Assembly (NCBI GenBank): GCA_964019335.1
Contig: OZ025710.1
Coordinates: 1 to 64,000 of the forward strand
Origin: Diplonema japonicum
Taxonomy: Eukaryota; Protista; Euglenozoa: Diplonemea
Length of the DNA stretch: 64,000 nt
Reading direction: 5' to 3'
Below, piece after piece: positions 23,801-38,800 of this stretch. Every line of letters begins with the position of its first letter. Position 1 is the stretch's first letter. Under the pieces are notes generated by a model. The model was given only the letters and a program-made list of their open reading frames with translations, was not told the DNA's origin and ran no database searches. A program made the translations under genes and the position numbers.

Positions 23801-26800
23801 GTCGGCAGAAACGTCCAGCGCTGCGGCGATGTAGGTCCCGCCCTCCATGAAGTTTGTCTCCTGCCACACAAGGTCCGAGCTCACCTCCGTCCTGTCACCA
23901 GACAGCCTGCCGCCGCTGCCCGTCCCTGTTGGTGTCTTCTGAGCACCGTCGACGAGGTCGGTTCCGGGAATCTTGATAGCCGGCTTCCCGCTGAACTGCA
24001 CGATTCCGACCCTTGTCTTACCGGTGAGAGTGGTGGGGTCCCCCGCCTTCTCCCCGCTCAGGGTAAGCTTTCCGGTCCACGCCTTCAGCACTTCCATGAG
24101 CCCGTAGAAACCGTGCGGGTGACGCCCGAAGGTCTGGGTCATGGAAGCAGATCCGTCCACAGCGAGCACGATGTCCAGGGTAGGGCACTCCCCGAACTTT
24201 GCCGTCTTGCACACCCCCTTGTCCCAGAAGCAGTCCGCGTCCTTGTGGCAGCGGCACGTGTCGTTCTGGAAGGCACCGCACTCCTTGTCAACACACTTGT
24301 TCTTGGTCTGGTCCCACATGCACAGCCCGTCGTTGTCGCACGCGTTCATGTCGGTCTCGTATCTCTCGCAGTACTTAGGTTCGCATTCAGTGGTCCAGTC
24401 GCAACTGTCATCCAACTTGCACTCAATCTCGCTCTGGTACTGCTTGCAGGGGGCCGGCACGCACTTGTCGGTTTCCCACACGCACATTCCTGGCTCAGTA
24501 GTCTCACAGGCCGTCTGGTTGTCATACGTACAGAGCTTGGGTACACACTCAGGCACCAGCGGCTTCCAGTCGCATTTCAGATCCAGCACACACTGGTCCA
24601 AGTTGTCGTAGTTGCACAGCTTCTCCCCGCAGGTCTGATCGATGTTGTTCCACACACAGGTGTCAGGGTCAGCCACGCAGCCCTGCTCCGTGTTGTGCTT
24701 GCACTTCTTCCCGATGCAAACCCCGTTGTCCACCTGGCACTCAGGGTCAGTCTCGCAAGCGACCAGGTCCGAGTACTTGCAGATCTCTTCCTTTTCGCAC
24801 GAGGCACCGTTCCACACGCACTTGTTTGCAGTGTCTGTCTTGCAAACGGCCTCCTCGCAGTGGGTGAGACACGGGGAGTCCCCGCACGACAGGGTGGTGT
24901 CGAACCACACACAACCAGCGTCCTTGTTGCAGGAAGTCTTGTCGGCACGGAGGTTGCACGGCTCGCGGGTCACGGCGGTGGCCGCGATGAACTGGCCCCA
25001 TTGGCTGTTGGGGTCGCACAGGCCGTTCAAAGAGACCGCCAACTGGTCGATCTCCACGCTCACGAAGTGGCCGTCCTTGGGGTTGGACACTACCTCCATC
25101 ACGTCAGTGTCGGCCTGCAGGTCGTCCGCCGACTGCGCAGTGAATGGACGCACAGTGGCGCCGAACACGTGCACCTGTGCGGCAGCAAGGTCCGCCATCA
25201 CGGTTTGGTACTTGTCCTTGTCATTGAGAGGGCTGTCGGCCACGATGATCAACACACGTTTCCTCCCGTCCACGGGGCTGGTTTTGAAAAGGCTCGATGC
25301 CTTCTCCAAACCCGCAAGGAGGTAGGTGGTGGCAGGAACGGGCTGGCGAGCCGCATTCCCACCCATGAAGTTGTCCTCCTGGAACTCAAGGTCCTTCTCG
25401 ATCTCTGACATCACCCCGGTGAGGCGCCCCTCGCTGGTCCCCGACCCGGTAGAGGACAAGGCCTGCTTTGCGTCGCCGGCAGGCCACAAGCTGGTACCTG
25501 CGAACTGCACGAAAGCAAGACGCGCGGCGTTGTTGTTCGCAGGCGCGGCCCCTGCCGCACTTCCGGAAAGAGGGAGGGTCCTCGCCCAGTCCCTCACCAC
25601 CTCCACGAGAGCGTAGTAGCCCTGAGGGTGGCGCCCGAACTTCCTGCTCATCGACACACCACCGTCAAGCAGCACCACCACGTCGAGCGTGGGGCACGTC
25701 CCATAGCGTTGGAAGGTGCAGTGGTTCGATCCAACGACGAAGAAGCAGTCAGGGTCCGCTTCACAGGGACACCTCGTGGTGTACTTACCGCACTGCTTCT
25801 CCAGACAGGTGCTGCTGCTTCCCTCCCACATGCAGTTCCTGTCGGCATTGCACGTGCCTTCAGAGCCGAGCAGACGGCAAGGCAGTTGCGAGCACACAGC
25901 AGGGGCTTGCTGCACGTTCCAGTAGCAGCCATCGTCACGGTTGCAGCACTTCTCATCCGGGTAGTGCGCGCAAGTTGCTACTGCGCAGCCAGAGGCGTTC
26001 CAGGCGCACATCACATCCTCCCTGCACGCCGTCTCGTTGCTGTACAAACACGGCTTCACAATGCACATCTGGTCCTCAGGCGCCTTGCACGTGTCCTCCC
26101 ACTGGCATCCCGTATCAGCGCTGCACTCGGCAGTGTTGTTGTAGTTGCACGGCTTTTCACCGCACTCCTTCGTCACCGTCGACCACACGCAATCGTAGGT
26201 GGTGTCGGCGATGCAGCTCACCTCGTCAGGGTAGTCACACGGCTTCTCGATACATTTGTCATCCCACTTGCACTCCTGGTCGTTGTTGCAGCTCACCTCG
26301 TCGGTGTACTGACAGACCGGTTTCTTGAAACATTCCTCGAGACTGTCGTCCCACATGCACTTTGTCGAGGTCTCGCCCTCGCAGACCAGCTTGTCGCAAT
26401 GAGGCACGCAAACGGAGTCCAAGCACGCGGAGAGGACGTCCGACCAAGAGCAACCCTTATCGGCAACGCAGGTGGTCTTCGCGATGTAGTTCTGGCAGGG
26501 CTGGTGCACACCGGCCTGGGAAGGGGTCTGTGGAGGAACGATGAGGTGCCCCCACGGACCGTTCGGATCACACAAACCGTTCAGCGCTTGATCGGGGATC
26601 TCGTCGATCTGCAGGTTCATGAAGTGCTCGTCCTGGGGTGCGGACACGATAGGTTTCAAGGTGGCCTCAGCGTCAACGTCCGTTTGAGTGTGCTGGGCAA
26701 ACCTCCTCACCACGATCCCGAAGGTCTGCACAGACAGCCCGTCAAGTTCCTGCCTCGCCTGCACCATGATGTCTTTGTCCGCCCCCGCATCTTGGATCAT

Positions 26801-29800
26801 TCCGTCCGTGAAGATGATGAGCACGCGTTGCCTGCCATCCACGGGCGAGGAGCTCGTGAAGATGGTAGCAGCCCTCTTCAGACCCTTCGCAATGTAGGTC
26901 CCGGCCTCGAGGTAGTTGCTCTCGTGCCAGTCCACGTCGGATTTCAGCTCCCCGGACACACCAGAGAGGCGGCCAGCCGTCCCCACGCCAATTGGAGTCA
27001 CCGCTACAGAGTTGATAATGGGACCGCTCCAGGTGTTGGGAGGGCTGAAGAACTGAGGACGCCCAGAGAACTGCACCACAGAAACACGTACCTTCCCGGT
27101 GTTAGCCTGCGAGGCAGCGCCCACAGTGGCCGCTTCCCCGTTCAGGGGCAAGCTTTGGATCCAATCACCAAGCATCTCCATAAGAGCGAAGAAACCATGA
27201 GGGTGGTGCCCAAAGGACTGAGCCATCGACTGGGAACCGTCAACAAGGACGACAACGTCCATCGTGGGGCACTGGCCGTAGCTGTTCTTCACGCACGACC
27301 CACCACCACCAGAAACTGCCTTCCAGAAGCACTTCGTGTCTTCTACGCAGTTGCACTTCGTGAGGTCGTTGCAGTTCTTCTCCACGCACATCTTCTTCCC
27401 ATCCTCCCACGCGCAGTTGCTGTCAGCGTTGCAAGTAGGGGTGTCCTTCAGCTTCGCGCACGGCTCCTCCACGCACATGGCAGGAGAGATCGACGGGCTC
27501 CAGTGGCATCCTTCCTTCCTGTTGCAAGGAAGCTCCTCCATAACGTCCGTACAGGGCTTCTGCACGCACGTCGTGGTGTTCACAATCCAGTCACAGTACG
27601 GGTCCGCCACACACTCCGTTCGGCTGGTCTCAGTGCACTTCTTCTCCGCACACCCACCCGCGTTGACGATCACCTTCCCAACAGAACCAGTGCAAGCGGG
27701 TGCGTTTGCAGTCCCCCACTCGCAGGCGTACCCGAGCACGGCCTTGTCGCTGGTCTTAGCCACGCTGCTCCACTCCCCGTTGGGGAAGAAATAGCTGTCG
27801 CCATTGGTGGCGGAGGGCTCACCTGACATCCAGTTCTCGTAGCTAGTGATGTCCGACCCAGCCTCGGGGCCAGTGCTCCATGTCCATTTACCATTCGTCA
27901 CAGAAGCACCCATCCAGCCTTCGGCAGCGATCCTCCCTGTGGCAACCTCGGTCTCCACAGGGGTGGTCACTGTCATCAGGTAACCTTCAACCCCGAGGAA
28001 GGACTTGGCCGCGCAGGCCTGCTTAGCATCCTCCCATGTGCACCCGGCGGTCGTAACTCCACCGGTGGCTTGGCACACAGTGTTCGAGGCGTAGTAACGG
28101 TAGTAGTGGCCCGTTCTGGCGTCGTATACACCCTGACCGTAGTTCCAAGTGATGCCCCTAGAGTTCCCTGCAGCCGAGGTCGTCACGAAGGTCACCTTGT
28201 TGATCGCTTCGGTGAATTCCGTTAAGGATCTGTCCAGCCCGTTAGCAGAGGTCAGCACAAGAGCGCCCGTCGCGGCAGACCACTCCGTTTTGATCCCGAG
28301 GGCGGGACATTCAGCACACTCCAAAGTGTCCTTTCCTTTGATGTAGTCTGCGCTGTCGATGCTCACAGCTGCGCCGTTCACCAGCGCGGCACAGCCGGAC
28401 ATCGTCGGACACGTGGTCGCGGAGTCACAGGTGAGATTGAACGGGTTCATCTTCACATCCTTGCTGTAGGACACGGGGTTGTTCCCGTCATTCCAGTCAC
28501 ACAACACGTCGCCTTCGCAGCTCGTCTCGTCGGGGTAGTTGCAAGGCTGCTCCACGCAGGTCTGGTCGATGTTGTTCCACACGCACTTGTCGGGGTCCGC
28601 CACGCAGCCCTGCTCCGTGTCGTGCACGCACTTCTTGTCCACGCAAGTGGTGTTGTCCTTCGACAGCTCGCACGCAGGGTTCTTGGGGCACTCGCCCACA
28701 GAGAGCGAGTCGCAACCCACTTGCGGCTCCTTCTGGCACAGACCCTTCGAAGAGTCCCAGGCGCACTTGTTCGCTGTGTCGTTCTTGCAGGTAAGCTCAT
28801 CGCAGTGCTGCATGCAAGGAGTGTCTGCGCAAGAGAGCGTCGCATCGTACCACACGCAGCCCGCGTCCGCGTTGCACTCCCCCATCAGAGCGTGCTGCTT
28901 GCACGGCTTGTGCACACCAGTGCTGGTGCTCCCGTTGACTCCGACAACGAGCTTCCCGAACTTGCCGTTCGGGTCGCAGATGTCGCCCAACACCATGGTT
29001 GGTACTTCGTCGATCATGAGGTTTTGGAAGTGGTCGTCCTGCGGCACAGAAACAATGGGCTTCAGGGTCTGCTCTGCGAGGTCGTCCACAGGGGTGTGGG
29101 CGGTCGCCCTTCTCACCACCACGCCGAACACCTGCACCCTTTCCTTGTCGAGCTCTCCGCGCGCCTGCGACAAGGAGTTGGGGTCGAAAATCTGCCCGTC
29201 TGTGATGATGATGAGCACTCTCTGCCTCCCGTCGTTGGGTGAAGCGTGGAACATCTCTGCCACGTCGTTCAGCCCCTTCGAGATCATCGTCCCACCACCG
29301 TAGTAGTTGTCCTCCTGCCAGTCGATGTCAGAGTTCAATTCCACAAGGTCACCAGTGAGACTGCCTGATGACCCGACGCCAGCAGGAGTGGCCTGAGCAT
29401 CTGCCCTCCCAGGGTCGGCACCGCGCGCGTTCTGACCTGAGAACTGCACAATGCCCACACGCACCTTTCCAGTGTTGGCCTGCGAGTTGACACCGACGCT
29501 CCCCTTCTCGCCGCTCAGAGGCAGGGTTGTTACCCAGTCCCTCAACATCTCCATCATGGCATCGAATCCGTGCGGGTGGCGACCGAAGGACTGGCTCATG
29601 GAACCAGAACCATCGATCAGAAGGACAAGGTCCAGCGTGGGGCACTGACCGTACTGGAAGGGTGTGCAGAAGCTCTTGTCCCCGTTCCAGAAGCAGTCGG
29701 TGTCCTTCCTGCACTCGCACTCGGCAAGCTTTCCGCATTCCTTCTCCACACACTTCATGTTCTCGTACACGCACTGGCTGTCACTGTCACACTTGGGCTG

Positions 29801-32800
29801 GTCCCCGTTCATCTTCGCGCAGTATTTCACGCTGCACTGAGCAGGGGACACCGAGATGTCCCAATGGCAGTCTCCCTCGGCATTGCAGCACCTCTCCCCA
29901 GAGTGGATGGCGCACGGCTCTTGCGCGCACGTGAAACCCGTCACCCCGCTCACCCACTGGCAGCGAGTGTCCTTCGTGCACGACACTTCGTCTGTGAAGA
30001 CAGTTGGGTCGCAGCTCTTCTTCTGGCAGGCGCCGCCACCGGCCACACCCGCGCAGTCGTCCCACTCGCAGAGCTTGTCAGAAGCGCAGTCGGCCTGTAC
30101 CGTGTGCTTGCAAGGTGTCTCAACGCAAGTGCTCGTTGCGGCGATCCACTCGCAGCCTTGGACATCGGCCTCGCACTCGTCCTCCGTGGGTCGGTTGCAG
30201 GGGCGTTCCACGCAGTCAGGCTTGGAGGCGTCCCAGTCACACTGAGGATCAGCCTCACAGGTGGTCTCGTCGTTGTAGGGACAGATTGTTTCCACCCAGC
30301 AAGAGGCTTCGGTCGTCCCGTTCACAACCTTCCACTGACAGTGATTCACGGTGTCCGCAGTGCACTTCGGCTCATCGCAGTGCGCCACGCAAGGGGAGTC
30401 CACACACGACAGACCGACACTGCTCCACACGCATCCAGGGTCGGTAGTGCACTCTGTCTGAACGAGGTGCTGCGGGCACGGCTTGTGCATCCCAGCCTGG
30501 CTCTCGCTCGACGCACCGGGCATGAGAAGCTGGCCCCACTTGCTGTTCGGGTCGCAGATCCCGTTCAGGACCTGTTCAGGCATCTCGTCGATCAGCACGT
30601 TCATGAAGTGGTCATCGTGCGGGTCAGAGGTGATCGGCTTCAAAGTGGCCTCGGCATCGATGTCGAGCTTCGTGTGCACTGCCGCCTTCCTCAGTACCAC
30701 CCCGAAGATCTTCACACCCTCAGCAGTGAGCACCGCCTTTGCCGGAGCAAGGGAGGCAGTGTCCTTGATGGCGCCGTCTGTCACGATGATGAGCACCCTC
30801 TCTCTCGTGGAAGGGGAGAACTGGAACATGGTACCAGCCCAGTTCAGCCCGGTCGCGATGAAGGTGCTCCCCTGGATGTAGTTCGCCTCGTGCCAGTCGA
30901 TGTCGCCCTGCAGCTCAGCCAGGTCACCAGTCAAGTATCCTGAAGAACCCACGCCGACGGGGGTCTTCACCGCCTCGGGGATTGGACCCGAGAACTGAAT
31001 GATGCCCATCCTGAGCCCGCCGTTCGGCGCCGTCGATGCCTTCCCGACTGTGTGGTCCTCACCTGTGAGGGGCAGAGTGTTCACCCAATCCCTGATCATT
31101 TCCATCATCGCGTAGAAGCCGTGCGGGTGGCGCCCGAATGACTCGCTCATCGAGCCAGAACCGTCAAGCAGCATCACCACGTCGAGCACGGGGCACTGCC
31201 CGAACTTGCTCTCCACGCACTTCGGGACGGTGGATCGCACATCCCAGTAGCACCTGTCCTCCGCATGGCACTTGCAACGGTCATCGTTGAACTTGCTGCA
31301 TTCTTTTTCTACGCACTTCGTCTGGGTTGTGTTCCACATGCACTCGTCCTCGGCGTTGCACTCCACGGTCCCCTTGAAGGCCCTGCAGGGCTTCTCCTTG
31401 CACATGGCAGGTGAGCTGCTTACATCATAGCGGCAATCGGGATCCTTCGAGCACTCCTTCTCATTGGGGTACAACACACAAGGAGCTATGACGCAGGGAT
31501 CAGTCGTGCCACCAACCCAGTCGCAGAACGGATCCGCTTCGCACTTTGCTTCTGTGCCATAGTCGCACTTCTCAGTCACACACACTCCGCCCACAAGGTC
31601 TACAGTCCCGCCGCACGCAGTCGCCGCAGCAGCCGCATCCAGAGTTGTGCCGAAGTTCCACGTGAGGCTCCTCTTACCGCCGTCCGTCGACGAGGTGGTG
31701 AACTCGATGCTGGCCACAATCTCAGCAAACTTGTCGCCGCTTATCCCAGACCCACCGCTCACCGTCAGAGAGCCATCCTGTGCCTGCCAGTTCACGGTCA
31801 CCGCGGCAGTGCAAGCACCACAGGTAAGGGAGTCCTTGCCATTCACGTATCCGTCGCCGATGCGGACAAAAACAGCGTTTTGCGTAGCGCACGAGCAGCT
31901 TGCGTCGCACGTGGCCCCAGGGAACGGCTTAACCGGCACCAGCACCTCGTAGGAGACAGCGCCAGTCCCGGCGTTCGTAGAAGCGCCAGAGTAGACAAGC
32001 CACTCGCAGCCAGTCTCAGTTTTGCAGTCCACTTCCTTGGTGTGCTGGCAAGGGATGGGCTTGCAAACGGGTGTGGGAAGCAGCGACCATTCGCAGCCAT
32101 CGGGGTCCTGCTCGCACGCCGGTTCATTGTCGTGTATACAAGGCTCAACCGTGCAGATAGCTGCCTTCGTGACGGCCGAATCGGTGGAGGGCGGTTGGCA
32201 CACACACTTCCAGTCATCCAGGCTGGTGGCGTTGGTGTCGGGGTCGAAGCACTGCTGAGCACAGTTCAGAACACCAGTGCAGTCGGCAGTACATTTCCAC
32301 CCGTTCTCCTTGCACTCGTCAACCTCGCAGGTTGCGGGCTTCCCAGTCGCCGTGTTTGTCGAGGGCGGCGGGCACTTGCAGGTCCAGTCACTCTTGCTTG
32401 ACTCCGAGGTGTTTGGATCCTCGCAGGTCTGTCCAGCGTCCTTGCAGGTATTCTTCGAGCAGGTGTCGCAGTCTTCGATGCACTCGTTGAGAATGCACGT
32501 TGCCTTCTGCGCAGTCGCCGACCCCTTGGCAGGTGCCGTGCACACGCACTCCCAGTCATTCAACTTGCTGGTGTTCAGGTCCCTGCAAGTTTGCCCTTCG
32601 GCAATGCAAGTGGCACCGTGCTCCACGCACTCGTCCACCGTACACAAGGCGGCATGCGCCTGGGCCTTCCCACTCGTGGGAGGGGGGCAGGTGCAAGTCC
32701 AGTCCCCAAGGCTGTCCGGGGCGGTGTTCGGGTCGAAGCAGACCTGCTGGCAGTTCGGGGTGTTCGGAATGATGCAGTTTGCAGTGCAGTTGTTCTCAGG

Positions 32801-35800
32801 AATGTCGCACTCGTCTATCTCACAGACAGCGGGCTTTGCCGTTGCCTGGTGGGTAGAGGGGGGCGGGCACTTGCAGACCCAGTCACCAGTGCTGGTGGCA
32901 GTGGTGTCGGGGTCCTCGCATTCTTGCCCAACCTTGCTGCAGGTGTCGTTTGCACAGGTAGGGCAGTTCTGAACCTTGCACTCGTCAAGCAGACACCTCG
33001 CCGGTCGTGCCGTAGCGTTCCCAGTTGCGGGGAGCACGCATTCACAGACCCAATCGTGCAGCGTTTGCTGGTTCGTGTCCTCGCACTTCTGCTCCTCCGT
33101 TGCGCAGATGGTCTCTTTCTCCTCGCACTCGTCGTAGATGCAGTGCATCACTGGGCCGGCAACCATCTTTCCAGTCGCAGGAGGCGGGCATATGCATTCC
33201 CAGTCACCCGTGCTTGCAGTCGTGGGGTTCGGGTCGTAGCAGGTCTGCCCACAGTCAAGGGTCCCGGGTTCGCACATTTCCGTGCACTTCCCGGCCTTCG
33301 TCGGGTCCTTGCACTCGTCAAGGTCGCACTCCGCAACCTTTCCTGTGGCCGTGTGGTTCGACGGCGGGGGGCACTTGCAGACCCAGTCGCTGGTGCTTGA
33401 GGGGCTCGTGTCCATGTCCTCGCAGTCCTGCCCAGCTGCGCTACAGGTGTCGTTGGCACATGTTGAGCAGTTCTGGATCTTGCACTCATCATACACACAC
33501 TCTGCGGGCTGTGCTGTGGCGTTCCCAGAGCTCGGGGGTTTGCATCGGCACTCCCAGTCACCGGGTTTTGTGAGATCAGGGTCGAAGCACTCCTGCCCCT
33601 GCGCAAGGCACGTCGCACCGTTGATCTCGCACTCTTCAAGGGAGCACGCAGCAGGGACCCCTGTGGCGTTCCCGATCATCGGCGGCTCGCACTCGCAAAC
33701 AAAGTCAGACGGCGTGCCGCAGACTGTGTTCGCGTCATAGCAAGTCTGGTTGGCACCAGCGCAGACAAGGTTGTCCACACACTCGTCGCAGATGCAAATG
33801 GCAGGCTTGCCTGTAGCAGAGTTGTTGGCTGCGGGGGGCTTGCAAGTGCAGATCCAGTCGCTCTTGCTGGAGGCATCGGTGTTGGGATCCTTGCAGGTTT
33901 GGTCAGCGTCGGAGCATGTCGTACCCGCGCACGTGGCGCACGTCTCGACGCACTCATCAAGCTTGCAATCGGCCGCTTGGCCGACCGCCATACCGGTGCT
34001 AGGGGGGGGACACAGGCACTGCCAGTCGTCGAGTTTTGTCTGGTCGGGGTCGTTGCAAGTCTGACCCACGGCGGTGCAAGTGGCGTTATTCTCCTTGCAC
34101 TCATCAACCTTGCAGGTCGCAGGCTGAGCAACGGCAGTCCCGCTGTACGGCGCTTCGCACTCGCATGTGTAGTCGTCCTTGCTATTGCAGTCGGTGTTCG
34201 GGTCGAAGCAAATCTGGTTAGCAGCAGCACACTTCTGAGAGGCATCTTTGCACTCATCGCAGACACAGGTTGCTGGCTTCGCTGTTGCGCTACCCACCCC
34301 AGGCGTCGGGCACGTGCAAACCCAGTCTTTGAGATCATGCACGCCCGTGTTCTTATCCTCGCAGGTCTGTCCCGCGTTTTTGCATGCGCTCTTCGAGCAG
34401 GTGGGGCAGTCAGCAACGCACTCGTCAAGCGAGCAGTTTGCAGCAGCACCGGTCACAGGAGTCCCGGTCCACGGGGTCGGGCACTCGCACTGCCAGTCAC
34501 CGAACTTTGTCGTGTCAGGGTCCTTGCACTCCTGACCTTCCGCAGTGCAAAGGTTGTTGGGGCTTGTCGCAGTCTGAGCACAGGTGGGGCACACGACCAC
34601 GCACTCGTCCGTCTCGCACACCATCCCGGCGACCCCACCCGGCGTAGTGGCAGTCACATTCGGGCCAGTTGAAGGCGGAGGACACATGCACACCCAATCA
34701 CCGGTAGACATGGGATTGGGGGTGGGGTCATCACAGATGTGGCCGGCAGCAGCACACTTCTTCGCCTCGGGGTCCGTCTCACACTCGCCCGGGTACTCGC
34801 ACTCAGCAGGGTTCATCAAGGCAGACGCGTTCTTAATGGCAGGGGGCACGATGCAGTGGCACTCCCAGTCATTGCGGCTGCTCAACGAGGGGACGGGGTC
34901 CACACACACCTGCCCGGCATCTGCGCACTTCTTCTCGTTGTCAGGGTTCTTGCACTCGTCAACAACACAAGGCGAGGCGGGCTTCGCTGTGGCAAAGCCA
35001 CTCGAAGGAGGCGGGCAGGTACAGATCCAGTCACCTGTGCTTGTCGAGGCAATGTTCGGGTCATGGCAGTCCTGGCCCTCCGAAGAGCAAGTCCCCTGAG
35101 AGCAGGTGGGGCAGGTTGCCACGCACTCGTCGATGACGCATTCGGCAGCATTAGCGATAGCCACACCGGTGCTCGGGGGAGGGCAGGTGCACGTCCAGTC
35201 GCTGGTCGAGTGCATCGATGTGTCGGGGTCCTCGCAGGTTTGGCTCTGGCTGCTGCAGGTGTCGTTCGCGCAGGTGGCGCAGCTCGCCACACACTCGTCA
35301 ATCGTGCACTCCGCAGGCTGTGCGGTAGCGGTACCGTTCATGGGGGGCACGCACTTGCACTGCCAATCACCGGATTTGCCCTGGTCGGGGTCGAAGCAGG
35401 TTTGTTGCTGCGCCTCACAGGTGTCCTTGTGGAGGGTGCACTCGTCAACATCGCACGAGGGCGCCACAGGGCCACCAACCTGCGGTGGCTTCTGCGCTGG
35501 AGGGGGGCACGAGCAAGTCCAATCACTGAGCTTGCTGGTGTCAGGGTCGTTGCAGATCTGGGACGCGTTCGAGCAGGCGTGGTCAGCGCAGGTCGGGCAG
35601 CTTTCTACACACTCGTCGATGCGACAGATGGCAGCGTTCCCAATGGCCACACCGGTGTACGGGGGCGGGCATGTGCAGGTCCAGTCCCCAGTGGAGTGGA
35701 CGGCAGTGTTGGGGTCTTCGCAGACCTGAGTGGCGTCCGAGCAGGTCGTGTTCGCGCACGTCGGGCCCACGCAGTCAGTCGCACACTCGTCGAGGGTGCA

Positions 35801-38800
35801 CTCTGCGGGCTTTGCCACGCCAGTTCCGTTCATTGGGGGGACGCACCTGCACTCCCAGTCCCCGGGTACCAGCTGGTTCGGGTCGTGGCAGGTCTGGTCA
35901 ACGTTCTCGCAGATCTGCTTCATCTTTTCGCACTCGTCTTCTTCACAGTTCATCACAGCCGCACCTACGACAGGCAGCTTCGAGGACGGAGGAGGGCACG
36001 TGCAGGTCCAGTCGCTCAACGTTGAAGTGTCGGGATCGTGGCAGGTCTGGTTCTGCGCACTGCAAGTGGTGTTTGCACATGTCGGACCAGTGCAGTTCAC
36101 GGCACATTCGTCAAGAACACAAGTAGCGGAGTTTGCGATTGCCACTCCTGTGTAGGGGGGCGGGCAAGTGCAGGTCCAATCAGCAGTTGAGCGCACTGAG
36201 ATGTCGGGGTCCTCACAGACCTGGTTCTTGCTGCTGCAAGTATCGTTCGCACAAGTAGCGCAGTCCGCCACGCACTCGTCGATGGTGCAGTCCGCAGCCT
36301 GTGCCGTGGCGGACCCGTTCATGGGAGGCACACACTTGCACTTCCAGTCGTCGGCGACCAGCTGGTCGGGGTCCTCGCACACTTGGCCCTGGTTCTCGCA
36401 CACCGCCTTGTGCAGGTCGCACTCGTTTACCTCACAACCCATCACAGGCTTCAGAGGCGAGGGCGGCTGCTTCGAGGGCGGTGGGCAGTTGCACGTCCAG
36501 TCGCTCAACTTGGTGAAATCGGGGTCGTGGCAGGTCTGGTTTGCATCCGAGCATGTGGTGTTGGCACAGGTCGTCCCGGTACACAGAGCAGAGCACTCGT
36601 CCAACTTGCAGACAGCAGAGGCAGCGGTGGCCACACCAGTGAACGGGGGCGGGCATGTGCAGGTCCAATCTCCGGTGGAGTGTGCCGCCTTGTTCGGGTC
36701 TTCACAGACCTGGTTCTCGTCCGTGCAGGTCGTGTTGGCGCAGCTCGGGCAGGTCTTCACACACTCGTCGAGCTCGCACCAAGCAACCTGCGCAGTGGCA
36801 GTGCCGTTCGACGGCGGCTTGCAGTTGCATGTCCAGTCCCCAGTCACCGAGTGGTCGGGATCGTGGCAGGTTTGGTCGGCGTTTTCGCAGGTGTCCTTGT
36901 GAATAGTGCACTCATCGAAGTCGCAGTCAAGCACGGCCGCAGCGGTGGCGCTCTGGTTCGATGGCGGCGGGCAAGTGCAGGTCCAGTCGCTGAGGACCGT
37001 GGTGTCCGGATCGTGGCAAGTTTGGTTTTTGTCGCTGCAGGTGGTTTTGGCACAGGTCCCGCAAGTCTGGTCCACGCACTCGTCGATCTGGCAGACGGCA
37101 GCATTAGCCACTGCTACGCCCGTGTAGGGCGGCGGGCAAGTGCAGGTCCAGTCGCTCAGGCTGCTTACGGTGGGGCTGGGGTCGAAGCAGGCCTGGTTTT
37201 TGTCAGAGCAGGTGGTCCCAGCGCAGGTGGGGCAGTCTACAACGCATTCGTCGAGGACGCACACTGCCGCTGCCTGTCCGGGCTGCGTCTTCGGGTCCCT
37301 CGTTGCTGGGGGCACACAATCGCAGTAGAAATCATCCGTGCACGGTGCGGGGTTGGGGTCCATGCAGAGCTGGTTCACAGCCCCGCAGGTGAGGTTACCC
37401 GGCTGGCCGGCAGCGCACTCGTCATGTTGGCACACACTGTTGGCGGCGTCCCACACGCACGCGGCATCAGCCTTGCACATGTTTTCGTTGTACACGGGGT
37501 CGCCGGTGGTGTAGGCGCAGTCGCAGTTTGGGTCCGGGGCGTTCGTGCAGATGCTCCCGTTCACCCAGGTGCAGTTGTTGTTCGGGTCACTCTGGCACGC
37601 AGAGTCGTTGCAGTGAAGCAGGCAAGGCGAGTTCAAACACACGGAACCTACATCAGACCAGATGCAGCCGGGATCTTTCTTGCAGGTCCCCTGCGTCTGG
37701 TAGTCCGGGCACGGGAGGTGCACACCGCTGGAGGGCTGCGGTGGGTCCTTCACGATGAGGTGTCCCCAAGGGCCGTTGGGGTCACAGATCCCCTTCATGA
37801 GGTCAGGCACTTCGTCGATCATAACGTTCTTGAAGTGGTCGTCGTGCGGGTCAGAGGTGATCGGCTTAAGCGTCTTCTCTGCGTCAAGGTCCGCCTTCGT
37901 GTGTGCGGTCGCTTTCCTCACCACGATACCGAAGGTCTGCACACCCTCCCTGTCGAGCTCAGCTCTCGCAGCGGCCAGGGAGTTCGGGTCGAAGATCTCA
38001 CCGTCGGTGAAGATGAACAGCACTCTCTGCCTCCCGTCCACGGGTGAAGCGTGGAACATATCGGCCGCTTGTGTAAGACCCTGCTCGATCATAGTCCCTT
38101 CTCCCATGTAGTTGTCCTCGTGCCAGTCCACGTCGTCTTCCAGTTGCTGCAGGGTACCAGAAAGCCTTCCGCCTGTCCCTACGCCTCCAGGGGTCCTCCT
38201 GGCCTCGCTCCTCCAGTAGTTCTGACCTGAGAACTGCACAATACCCACTCGCACACCACCGTTGTCCTTCTTGGAGTTGATCCCCACAGAAGCGTCTTCC
38301 CCGTTCAAGGGCAGGGTCTCGATCCAATCCCTCATCATTTCCATCAGAGCGTCAAAGCCGTGCGGGTGGTTCCCGAACTTCGCAGACATGGAGCCCGACC
38401 CGTCCAACACCAGCACAATGTCGAGGGTGGGGCACTCGCCAAACTCAACCGCCACGCAAGCGCCGGTCCCGGCAAAGCCTGCACCGGGCTTCCAGTAACA
38501 CTTGGAGTGCTGGTTGCAAGGGCACATCGTCGGGAACTTGCTGCAGTCCAGGTCCGTGCAAACCTGCGGGCTGGCTGTCGTGTTCCACATGCAGTCGCTC
38601 TGCTCGTCGCACTTCTGCTGCGCCTGGATTGCGGGGCACTTCTTCTGGTTGCAGACAGCAGGGTTCGTGGTGATGTCCCACTTGCACATCGAGTCCTTGT
38701 CGCAGCACCTCTCGTCCCTGAACTGCGCGCACACCCTGTCCTTGCAGGTCGAGGCTGCGGCATCCCACACGCAGTGCACATCGACATCACAGTCGCCCTT

